Source: Candidatus Multivorans sp.
GTDB taxonomy: Bacteria; Acidobacteriota; Thermoanaerobaculia; Multivoradales; Multivoraceae
Direction of reading: 5' to 3'
DNA: 64,000 nucleotides
NCBI GenBank assembly: GCA_965247095.1
Contig: OZ251997.1
Coordinates: forward strand, 2,752,001-2,816,000
In this document: piece by piece, positions 19,414 through 27,497 of the stretch
How the letters are laid out: each line of letters begins with the position of its first letter
Numbering within the stretch: position 1 is the first letter of the stretch
Position numbers and translations under genes: made by a program
Notes under the pieces: model-generated
Seen by the model: only the letters and a program-made list of their open reading frames with translations
What the model was told of the DNA's origin: nothing
Databases searched by the model: none

Positions 19414-19671
19414 ATGCACACCACCAATCTGCGCAAGGTCGGCGGCTCGGTCATGCTCGCGGTGCCCCCGGTGCTTCTCGATCTCCTGAAACTCGGCGCT
19501 GGCGCCAGAGTGGATATCGGCATCGAGGGCGACCGCCTGATCGTTGCGCCCAGAACCCGTCCAAGCTACTCGCTCGACGAGCTGCTGGCGCAGTGCGACG
19601 AGACCGCCCCGGCCGACGACGAAGATCGGGCATGGCTCGATGGCCGGCCTGTCGGCAACGAACTGTTGTAG
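19414..19671 (+). CDS. AbrB/MazE (PemI-like) antitoxin
   Basis: MHTTNLRKVGGSVMLAVPP...YSLDELLAQCD...W...PVGNELL. Confidence 0.9.
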   Translation: MHTTNLRKVGGSVMLAVPPVLLDLLKLGAGARVDIGIEGDRLIVAPRTRPSYSLDELLAQCDETAPADDEDRAWLDGRPVGNELL

Positions 19672-20003
19672 TGCGCCGCGGCGAGATCTGGCTCGTCAGC
19701 CTCGATCCCACCGCTGGCCATGAACAACGGGGGACACGGCCGGTCGTAATCGTGTCCCCCGCACGCTTCAACGAGCTGACCAGGACGCCGGTCGTCCTTC
19801 CGATCACTACAGGTGGAAACTTCGCGCGTCAGCGCGGCTTCACGGTCTCGCTCGACGACGTGGGTACCCGAACGGTCGGCGTGATCCGTTGCGACCAGCC
19901 GCGCACCCTGGATCTCGCCGCCCGGAACGGGAAACGTCTCGAATCCGTCTCCGAGCAGATCATGCACGAGGTGCTGGCTCGCCTCGCCGCAATCCTGACG
20001 TAG
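19671..20003 (+). CDS. PemK/MazF-family endoribonuclease toxin
   Basis: GTG overlapping the antitoxin stop; RGEIWLVSLDPTAGHEQRGTRPVVIVS...PITTGG...CDQPRTLD. Confidence 0.92.
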   Translation: MRRGEIWLVSLDPTAGHEQRGTRPVVIVSPARFNELTRTPVVLPITTGGNFARQRGFTVSLDDVGTRTVGVIRCDQPRTLDLAARNGKRLESVSEQIMHEVLARLAAILT

Positions 20004-20066
20004 ACGGAGCCTCATCGGGATGTAAAGGGCGCCGGTGTCCGCTTGTGACACCTATACTTGGCCCCG

Positions 20067-20402
20067 ATGGATCGTCGCGTTCTGCTGGACAACGTTCGCC
20101 GCACCAGACTGCCGCCGGGCGGCCGGGACAGAGCGAAGAGCGACGCGCGACGAATCGCCGCGTTCCTCAAACGCCACGGCGCCCGCCGTGTCGTCGGCAT
20201 CGGTTCCGCATTCGTACCGGGACGCCGCTTCACCTGGCGTTCCGACATCGACCTTGCCGTGGCCGGTCTCCGGGCGGACCGCTTCTTCGAACTCTCCGCC
20301 CGGGCCGCGGAGTTGACCGAGCTGCCGCTCGACATCATCCCGATCGAGTCGGCTACGGAACCGATGCGGAAGGCGATCCTCGAAGAAGGGGTCGACCTGT
20401 GA
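20067..20402 (+). CDS. minimal nucleotidyltransferase (MNT) antitoxin
   Basis: GARRV.GIGSAF...SDIDLAV (GS...DxD) in a ~110-aa protein, coupled to a HEPN gene. Confidence 0.8.
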   Translation: MDRRVLLDNVRRTRLPPGGRDRAKSDARRIAAFLKRHGARRVVGIGSAFVPGRRFTWRSDIDLAVAGLRADRFFELSARAAELTELPLDIIPIESATEPMRKAILEEGVDL

Positions 20403-20911
20403 AGCTGGATGAGGCGTTCGCCCGCCGGCTCGCCGCCGAGATCCGCGGTGAGTTCGTCAGTCTCGGACTTCTTGAGGAACAGAGCGCTGCGGCGCCGCAG
20501 GAGAACGACACCTTCTCGCTGCGAGCCCGCGGGTCGATTCTCCACGACTTCTACAACGGCATTGAGCGTGTCTTCGTTCGCATCGCGGAGGAACTCAACG
20601 GAGGGGTTCCCAAGGGCGACCAGTGGCATCGTCAACTCGTCAAGGACATGAGCCTGGAGATTCCCGGTGTCCGCCCAGCGGTGATCGACGAGGATCTGGC
20701 GCGGTCTCTCGGGGACTTCCTGCGGTTTCGCCACGTCTTCCGTAACGTCTACGGCTTCGCCCTGGAGGAGCAGCGGATGCGGCCGCTGGAAGACCGGCTG
20801 CCGGCGGTTCTCCGCGCCTTTCGCCGACAGGTGGGCGAGTTTCTTGCCTGTATGGTGGGCGACGTTGGCGTCGGTCTCGACCCGGCGTCGGGGGAAGAGC
20901 CTGAGGCATGA
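20399..20911 (+). CDS. HEPN (HepT-like) RNase toxin
   Basis: GTG overlapping the MNT stop; LHDFYNGIERVF, WHRQL, RPAVI, FRHVFRNVY. Confidence 0.8.
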   Translation: MKLDEAFARRLAAEIRGEFVSLGLLEEQSAAAPQENDTFSLRARGSILHDFYNGIERVFVRIAEELNGGVPKGDQWHRQLVKDMSLEIPGVRPAVIDEDLARSLGDFLRFRHVFRNVYGFALEEQRMRPLEDRLPAVLRAFRRQVGEFLACMVGDVGVGLDPASGEEPEA

Positions 20912-21040
20912 TGGGAGCGTTCGCGGTCGTGATCACGGCTGCGTAGTCGTCACTAGCGCATAGAGGAGTTCCTCCGGTAGTTCTACTAGAGGGGCACCGG
21001 AGTATCAGCGAAACGGTCAAGTCAGTACTGAGAATCGCCA

Positions 21041-21246
21041 ATGCCTGCGAGGAAGCATCACTACGTTCCGCAGTGGTATCTGCGACGATCTCGCCAAGCG
21101 GGACTTCTATGCGGCCCCTACTTTGACCGTTGACGACATCGCTTGGCTTTCGAGGTTTGTCATGAGCCAGAACGCAACGGCACGACCCATGTCGGAATCC
21201 ATCCTGGAAAGAGCGTTGTTCCAGTCCACGATGAGGACTCAGGTGA
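21041..21246 (+). pseudogene. DUF4238-like gene remnant
   Basis: ATG 21041 gives MPARKHHYVPQWYLRR, the characteristic HHYVPQxYL N-terminus, after which the frame is lost; lower-GC context. Confidence 0.6.
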
Positions 21247-21249
21247 TGC

Positions 21250-21933
21250 ATTCGCCGTCAGCCGGACATCGGCCAGGCCGAGTTGATTCGTTGGCTGAGC
21301 GAACTCGTGAATCACCTGACCGTCACCCGCGGGATGCGTATCGCCGCCTTGATGCAGTGCAAGTTCATCCTGGCCCGAAAGGTGCGCCAGAAGATTGCAG
21401 GCATTCGCCAGATGGAGCGGAAGCGGGTTCACCGGCGATACCTGTTCGATCCCGGTGCCAGAGTCGAGGTTTCTTTCGAGCACCGATTCGCCTTTCGGGA
21501 TGGCATGTACCACGGCCAACGCCTCTATCGCGGCCGGTGGAAGCCGAATCGGCATTTCCTCGGACCCGACCAGGTTCCGGCTTTCGACGGCGCGTCAGAC
21601 GGCGAGGAGTTCCAGTGCGCCCAGGCAATCGACAACCTGCCCGGTGTGCGCTTCTGGGTCCGCAACGCTGCGAACCACCCGGAGTCTTTCTGGCTGCCCA
21701 CTGCGACGGGCAGGTTCTACCCCGACTTCGTGGTCCAGTTGGAGGATGGCCGGCTCCTTGTCGTCGAGTACAAGGGCGCCCACCTTGCCGAGGGCTCAGA
21801 TACGGCCGAGAAGAGAGCCATCGGTGAACTCTGGGAGCGCTGGAGCGACGGCAGGGGGTTGTTCCTCATTGCCGAGAGATCGCGCCAAGGCAGGGACGTG
21901 ACGTCCCAGCTTCAGGAGAAGATAGGGCGGTGA
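21250..21933 (+). pseudogene. C-terminal nuclease fragment of a type III restriction-modification Res subunit
   Basis: EEFQCAQAID...FWVRN...FWLP...FYPDFVVQLEDGRLLVVEYKG (PD-(D/E)XK); helicase domains and mod gene absent; stop codon directly upstream at 21244. Confidence 0.75.
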
Positions 21934-21985
21934 GGGCGGACCGCAGTCGGCCCGAGACCCCGCGGCCCGCTTCCGGCCTGGTTGG

Positions 21986-24100
21986 CTACGCGTCAGGCTT
22001 GGCGGTGATCAGCACGTTGCCGAGAGACTCGGCATCGACTCCGAGTTCCTCGTCGCCCGCGGGGAACTCGTTCGCCTGCATGATGTAGGTGACGATGTTC
22101 AAGTAGGTCTGCCGCGGCAGACTTCCCGGGTCGTCGGTCGGCATGGTGGTGCGGATCGCCTCGAACAGCTCGTGGACCGTCTTGTTCCCCCACAGGAACT
22201 GGAAGCTCACGCCGACCAGGCTCGCAGAGTTGCTGCCCCCGCCCAGGTCCTCGGCGTGGCAGGAGGCGCAGGTCTCGCGGTAGGCCGCGGCGCCCAGTTG
22301 CGCCTGCTCCGCCGTGTAGACGCCGTCCCAGACCGTCGCGCCGACCTCGGTCGCCGGCGCGACCTGGTCTGCTACGGCGGTGCGCGCCCGCGCCGTAGCC
22401 GCCGGCAGGTCAGCCGGTAGCGCAAAGACGTGGATCGAGTTGCCGTTGTTCGGGCGGCGGATGTGGGGGATGAGATCCCGCGGCAACATCGTCGCCCAAC
22501 TGGCGCCGCCGGTTCCCACCGGGATCGCGATGAACTGGCGGCCGCCCGCGAGGTAGGACACCGGGAAGCCCTGGGCGGAGGTGGGCAACCGCGTCTGCCA
22601 GAGGATCTCTCCGCTTCGCGCGTTGTAGGCGTAGACGTTGCGGTCGTAGTCGCCCGCGAAGGTCACGCCGCCGGCCGTCGACATCGCGGCGGTGTTGATC
22701 GGTGATGCCGTCCGGTGGCGCCACATGATGTCGCCCTCGACCACGTCGATCACGAGCAGCTCGCCGAGGTTGCCGTCCGAGTACGGGTGCAGGGTGTTGA
22801 CGCGCTTGACCGGACCCACGCCGCCGCCGCCGAGGACGCGTTCGACGGGGCCGAAGGTCGCCAGCTCGCAGTTCATCGTCATCGGGATGTAGAGGGCCCG
22901 GGTGTTCGGGTCGTACGACATCGCCCGCCAGCTCTTGAACCCCGACGTGCTCGGGCACATGTTGATCTCGACGCCGATCTCGGGGACCATCCCCTCGCGG
23001 TACGTCACTTCGCCGGTCTCGCGGTCGACGTCGACGATGTTCTGATAGCCGACGTCGGTGGCGCCGAGGAACTCGCCGGTTTCCCGGTCGAGCTGCCAGA
23101 GGATGCCGAGCTTGCCCATCTTGAAGAGCCGCTTCCTGCCGTCCACATCGATGAGGAGCGACTCGAACACCTCATCCATGTCGTGGGTTTCGCCAGGCAG
23201 GTACTGGTAGTACCAGAGCAGTTCGCCGGTGTCGGGATCGAGCGCGAGGCTCGAGTTCGTGTACAGCGCGTCGCCGTCGGTGCCGCGCACAGCTCGGGCC
23301 CACGGCTTGGCCTGGGCGGTGGCCCAGTAGACGATGTTCAGTTCCGGGTCGTAGCTGCCGGCGATCCAGGCGTCGCTGCCGGCCCGGAAGCGCAGGGGCA
23401 GATCGCCCCAGGTGTCCCCGCCCGGATCTTCCGGGCGCGCGATCGTCGAGGTGCGCCAGATCTCTTCGCCGGTCGCCGGATCGTGGCCGGTGATGAAGCA
23501 GACGTCGTCCTTGTAGCGGTCGCAGCCGGTGATGCCGGTGACCAGTTTGCCGTTGGCGATGATGGGGCCGGCGGAGTAGCGGTAGCCGAGGGCCGGGTCG
23601 GCGGTCCGGGTCTCCCAGACCAGTTTCCCGTTGCGCGCGTCGAGCGCCAGGATCGTCGCCCGGCTGGTGGCGGCGAAGATGCGGTCGCCGAAGATCGCGA
23701 TGTTCTTCTGCACCCCGCTGCCGAACGAGCCCTGCTGCTCGGCCTCGAGGTCGGGCCGGTACTCCCAGATCAGGTCGCCGTTGGCGGCGTCGAGCGCCTG
23801 GACCACGCCGCCGGGATGCGGCAGGTACATGACCCCGTCGTGGATCAGCGGCGCCGCCTCCTGGGGGCCGGTGTCGTCCATCGCCCACGCCCACACCAGT
23901 TGGAGCTGGCCGACGTTCTCGGTCGTGATCTGGTCGAGCGGGCTGTAGCCCCAGGCGTCCTGCGTCCCACGCCAGTGGAGCCACTGCCCCGGTTCCGGGT
24001 TGCGCAGCATCTCCTGGGTGACCGGCTCGAAACCGGTTTCCTGGGCCGCGACGCCGGTCGCTGCGAGCAGCACCGCGACAAGACAGTTCAAGCACCTCAT
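21986..24100 (-). CDS. PQQ-dependent dehydrogenase with C-terminal cytochrome c domain (quinohemoprotein)
   Basis: Signal peptide; WGYSPLDQIT..NV..L..VW; Trp-docking repeats; SYDPELNIVY; GRQFIAI; C-terminal VYTAEQA..G...CASCH heme motif. Confidence 0.88.
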   Translation of the reverse strand: MRCLNCLVAVLLAATGVAAQETGFEPVTQEMLRNPEPGQWLHWRGTQDAWGYSPLDQITTENVGQLQLVWAWAMDDTGPQEAAPLIHDGVMYLPHPGGVVQALDAANGDLIWEYRPDLEAEQQGSFGSGVQKNIAIFGDRIFAATSRATILALDARNGKLVWETRTADPALGYRYSAGPIIANGKLVTGITGCDRYKDDVCFITGHDPATGEEIWRTSTIARPEDPGGDTWGDLPLRFRAGSDAWIAGSYDPELNIVYWATAQAKPWARAVRGTDGDALYTNSSLALDPDTGELLWYYQYLPGETHDMDEVFESLLIDVDGRKRLFKMGKLGILWQLDRETGEFLGATDVGYQNIVDVDRETGEVTYREGMVPEIGVEINMCPSTSGFKSWRAMSYDPNTRALYIPMTMNCELATFGPVERVLGGGGVGPVKRVNTLHPYSDGNLGELLVIDVVEGDIMWRHRTASPINTAAMSTAGGVTFAGDYDRNVYAYNARSGEILWQTRLPTSAQGFPVSYLAGGRQFIAIPVGTGGASWATMLPRDLIPHIRRPNNGNSIHVFALPADLPAATARARTAVADQVAPATEVGATVWDGVYTAEQAQLGAAAYRETCASCHAEDLGGGSNSASLVGVSFQFLWGNKTVHELFEAIRTTMPTDDPGSLPRQTYLNIVTYIMQANEFPAGDEELGVDAESLGNVLITAKPDA

Positions 24101-24146
24101 TCGGAAGGCGCGAATGCTACTTCACGGCCGGAGGCGGTGTTGGAAC

Positions 24147-25457
24147 TCACCGCGGGAGCCGGTGGTCGAGGACCATCTCCTCGGTGAGCGCGGTGCCGAA
24201 GCCCGGTTCCTCGGGCGCCAGGAAGTGACCGTCGTCGAACGGCGCCTGCATCGCGTCGAGGATGGCGGAACCGGTGGCGAAGCTCTCGGCCATGGTGCAG
24301 CTTGGGGCCGTCAGCGAAATCGGCAGCCCCCACAGGCTGCCGCCGCGGTGGGGCACCAGTTCGAGACCGGCCGCTTCGACCTGCGCCGCGATGCGTCGTG
24401 CAGCGGTGAGCCCGCCGCACCACGTGATGTCGGGCTGCAGGACTTCGGCGGAACCGAGACGCACCAGCACCTCGAAGCCGTACTCCGTGTACTCGTGCTC
24501 GCCGCAGGCGACCTTGGTCCAGCCGGGGCCGCCGCCGCCGATCTTCTCGACCAGTTCGGCGTACCCGAACACGTTGTCCGGGGAGAGCAGCTCCTCCATG
24601 AAGTAGAGGTTCGCCGGTCGCAGGCGATCCGCGATGCCGACCGCCCAGTCGACGGTGCCGTTGCGCGAGACGCAGTCGGTCATCAGGTTGCCTTCCGGTC
24701 CCATTGCCTCGCGGGCGGCCAGCACGTCCTCGATGCCCCGGTCGGTGTCGGCCTTCGTGCTGTGCGGACCGATCGGCAGGATGCGCTTGAAGTGGCGGAT
24801 GCCCTGGCTCTTGCCTGCGGCGATGTCGCCGCCGGTCTGGTAGACGGCGATCCGGTCGTCCGGCTTGCCACCGAGCAGGGCGTGAACCGGCTTGCCGGCG
24901 TGCTTGCCCGCGATGTCCCAGAGCGCGTTGTCGATGGCGCTGAGCGCCATGGCGAACACGCCGCGCCGCCCGTAGAGCAGGGCCGAGCTGTACATCTGGT
25001 CCCAGAGTTGTTCGACGTTGAGCGGATTGGCGCCGACCAGAAGGTGCCGCAGATGGCCGTCGATGATCTCGACCGCCGCGCTGCCGCCGGCGCCCATACC
25101 GAAGCCTGTGACGCCGGCGTCCGTCTTGACGATCGCGATGATCGCCGACGGGAGCTGCTCGAAGGGTCCGCCGTAGCGCCAGCGTCGCGGATCGTCGTCG
25201 CCGGAGAAGGCGGGCGGGTCGAGCAGGCCCTCCGAGCGTTGGTTGATGTAGACGGTGTAGGCGTCGACCGAGCTGATCCGGATCCGGCTTGGGTCGTCGT
25301 TTTCCTGCCGTGTTGTGCGGGCACGCGCGACCCCCGCTGCCGGAGTGGACGGGCCGGCGAACCCTGCGGATGCCGCAACCGCGGCCAGACCGGCGCCGCG
25401 GCCGAGGAAGTCTCGGCGACTCGATTGTCCAGGCCCGGCGGGGTAGTGCTGACTCAT
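24147..25457 (-). CDS. enolase-superfamily (mandelate racemase / L-rhamnonate dehydratase-like) enzyme with Tat signal
   Basis: SRRDFL twin-arginine; LYGRRG...SAIDNALWDI; LMTDC, FMEE, GEHEYT, QPDITWCGGLT. Confidence 0.85.
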   Translation of the reverse strand: MSQHYPAGPGQSSRRDFLGRGAGLAAVAASAGFAGPSTPAAGVARARTTRQENDDPSRIRISSVDAYTVYINQRSEGLLDPPAFSGDDDPRRWRYGGPFEQLPSAIIAIVKTDAGVTGFGMGAGGSAAVEIIDGHLRHLLVGANPLNVEQLWDQMYSSALLYGRRGVFAMALSAIDNALWDIAGKHAGKPVHALLGGKPDDRIAVYQTGGDIAAGKSQGIRHFKRILPIGPHSTKADTDRGIEDVLAAREAMGPEGNLMTDCVSRNGTVDWAVGIADRLRPANLYFMEELLSPDNVFGYAELVEKIGGGGPGWTKVACGEHEYTEYGFEVLVRLGSAEVLQPDITWCGGLTAARRIAAQVEAAGLELVPHRGGSLWGLPISLTAPSCTMAESFATGSAILDAMQAPFDDGHFLAPEEPGFGTALTEEMVLDHRLPR

Positions 25458-25644
25458 GACGGATGCTCCGATGTGTTGGCTGTGACGAAGTCCGTGAAGA
25501 TCTCGGTGGCGAGGTCGGATTGGTCGATGATGTCACTTGGAAGGCCGGTGCGGGCGACAGGTCCGAGCTTCCGGAGTCGGCCCCGTTGCGGCTGCTACAG
25601 TCCCCGCCTTGTCCTGAAGACGGCGAGGAAACGGAGGCGCTGGA

Positions 25645-27438
25645 GTGAAGAGTACTGGCCGGCTCGAACGCGGGTTGGTGGTTGTGACCCTTACTCTGAG
25701 CGTCGGGTTCGGCGCCGCATTGTCAGCCCAGGGGGCGTCGGGGTCGACGTTCGTGCCCGTGACGGACGAGATGCTCCAGAACCCGCCGGCGTCGGAGTGG
25801 CTGATGTTCCGTCGCACGCTGGACAGTTGGGGTTACAGCCCGCTGGACCAGATCGATCGCGAGAACGTGCAGCGGTTGAGCCTGGTCTGGGCACGCGAAG
25901 TCGGCGTGGGGACATCCGAGATCACACCCCTGGCGTATGACGGCGTGCTCTACATTCCCTCGGTCGACGATGTGATCGAGGCGGTGGACTCGGCGACCGG
26001 GGACTTCATCTGGCGCTACACGCGCGAGCTGCCCAGCGACCTCTACGCGCAGGTGGGCTTCAACGCGAAGAACAACCGCAACATCGCGATCTACGACCGC
26101 CTGATCCTGAACAACAGCGACGACAACTACGCCTTCGCGCTGGACGCCGAGACCGGAGAGATGGTCTGGGAGACGCAGATCCTGGACTGGCAGGTCAATC
26201 CCGCCACGCACAGTTCGGGTCCGATCGTCGCCGGTGGACGGGTGGTTTCCGGAAGAAGTTGCCGGCCGTGGGGCGGCCCGGAATCCTGCATCATGATCGC
26301 GCTCGACGCGCTCACCGGGAAGGAACTCTGGCGGCGGCGGACGATGCCCGCGCCCGGCGAGCCCGGCGACGAGACCTGGGGCGACGTGCCCTTCGAGAAG
26401 CGGCGCCACGTCGGCACCTGGATGGTGCCCAGCTACGACCCGGAGCTCGAACTCATCTACTTCGGCACTGCCGTCACCTCGCCGGCGCCGAAGTTCATGC
26501 TCGGCGGCGTGGACTTGACCCACCTGTACCACAACTCGACCCTGGCGCTTGAGGCCGACACCGGCGAGATCCGGTGGTACTTCCAGCACCTGAACGACCA
26601 CTGGGATCTGGATCATCCCTTCGAGCGGATCCTGGTCGACCTCCCGGTGTCGCCCGATCCGGAGGCGGTGCGCTGGATCCGGTCGGACCTCGAGCCCGGA
26701 GAGACGCGCAAAGTGATGACGGGAATCCCCGGCAAGACCGGCCTCGTCTACACGCTGGACCGCGAAACGGGCGAGTTCCTCTGGGCCAGGCCGACGGTGC
26801 CGCAGAACGTGGTGGTCGACATCGACGAGACCACGGGGCGCGCGGTGGAGAACACCGAGATCATCTTCACCGAGCTGGAGCAGGAGATGCTCGTGTGCCC
26901 GACCTGGATCGGCGGCAAGGACTGGGAGGCCGGCGCCTACAGCCCCCTGACCCAGACGATGTATTACCCGCTGCGCAACCAGTGCGCGAGGATGCTGGTG
27001 ACCGGGGATGTGGAGAGCCCGCGAGCCCAGGCGATGCAGCAGCAGGTCGCGATCTACAACCTGGCCGCGGATCACATCCAGGCGCCCGGCGAGGAGTACC
27101 TCGGCACGGTCTACGCGATCTCGGCCATAACAGGCGAAACGAAGTGGCTGTTCGAGACCGAGGCCTCGACCTACTCGGTGGTCGCCACCGGCGGCGGCCT
27201 GATCTTCGGCGGCGACGCGAGTGGACGCTTCCGCGCCTTCGACCACGAGACCGGCGAGGTGCTGTGGGAGGTGAACCTCGGGGCCCCCGCCATGGGCTAC
27301 CCGATCTCCTACGCCGTCGACGGTCGCCAATACGTGGCCATCTCGACCGGGCCCGGAAGTCTCAGGAACACTCCCGCCGGCGCCGCGCGCGCCCGCGGCG
27401 GCAACCTGTACGTCTTCGCTCTGCCCCAGCGCCGCTGA
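25645..27438 (+). CDS. PQQ-dependent dehydrogenase (alcohol/methanol-dehydrogenase-like fold)
   Basis: WGYSPLDQI, PSYDPELELIYFG, HWDLDH, GKTG, GGKDW, ISYAVDGRQYVAI. Confidence 0.88.
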   Translation: MKSTGRLERGLVVVTLTLSVGFGAALSAQGASGSTFVPVTDEMLQNPPASEWLMFRRTLDSWGYSPLDQIDRENVQRLSLVWAREVGVGTSEITPLAYDGVLYIPSVDDVIEAVDSATGDFIWRYTRELPSDLYAQVGFNAKNNRNIAIYDRLILNNSDDNYAFALDAETGEMVWETQILDWQVNPATHSSGPIVAGGRVVSGRSCRPWGGPESCIMIALDALTGKELWRRRTMPAPGEPGDETWGDVPFEKRRHVGTWMVPSYDPELELIYFGTAVTSPAPKFMLGGVDLTHLYHNSTLALEADTGEIRWYFQHLNDHWDLDHPFERILVDLPVSPDPEAVRWIRSDLEPGETRKVMTGIPGKTGLVYTLDRETGEFLWARPTVPQNVVVDIDETTGRAVENTEIIFTELEQEMLVCPTWIGGKDWEAGAYSPLTQTMYYPLRNQCARMLVTGDVESPRAQAMQQQVAIYNLAADHIQAPGEEYLGTVYAISAITGETKWLFETEASTYSVVATGGGLIFGGDASGRFRAFDHETGEVLWEVNLGAPAMGYPISYAVDGRQYVAISTGPGSLRNTPAGAARARGGNLYVFALPQRR

Positions 27439-27448
27439 GGCGCCGGAT

Positions 27449-27467
27449 TTCTTAAGAAGCGTTAGGA
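27449..27467. promoter_or_regulatory. candidate binding site upstream of the wHTH-TPR regulator
   Basis: Perfect palindrome TTCTTAAGAA and 10-bp-spaced direct repeats cTTAaGA/gTTAgGA. Confidence 0.4.
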
Positions 27468-27497
27468 TTCGGCCCTTGAAATCACCGGTGCCGTCGA

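Noticed and set aside
24000-25940. Long alternative ORFs (e.g. 24000-25940 +, 56094-58004 +, 61432-63183 -, 33548-35308 +, 22715-24187 +, 58-693 +)
   Set aside because: Antisense or out-of-frame shadows of well-supported genes, expected in high-GC DNA; Arg/Ala/Pro-rich with no family motifs.
21986-27438. Methanol dehydrogenase (xoxF/mxaF)
   Set aside because: The vicinal Cys-Cys and MDH-specific motifs are absent, and there are no xoxG/J or mxa neighbours.
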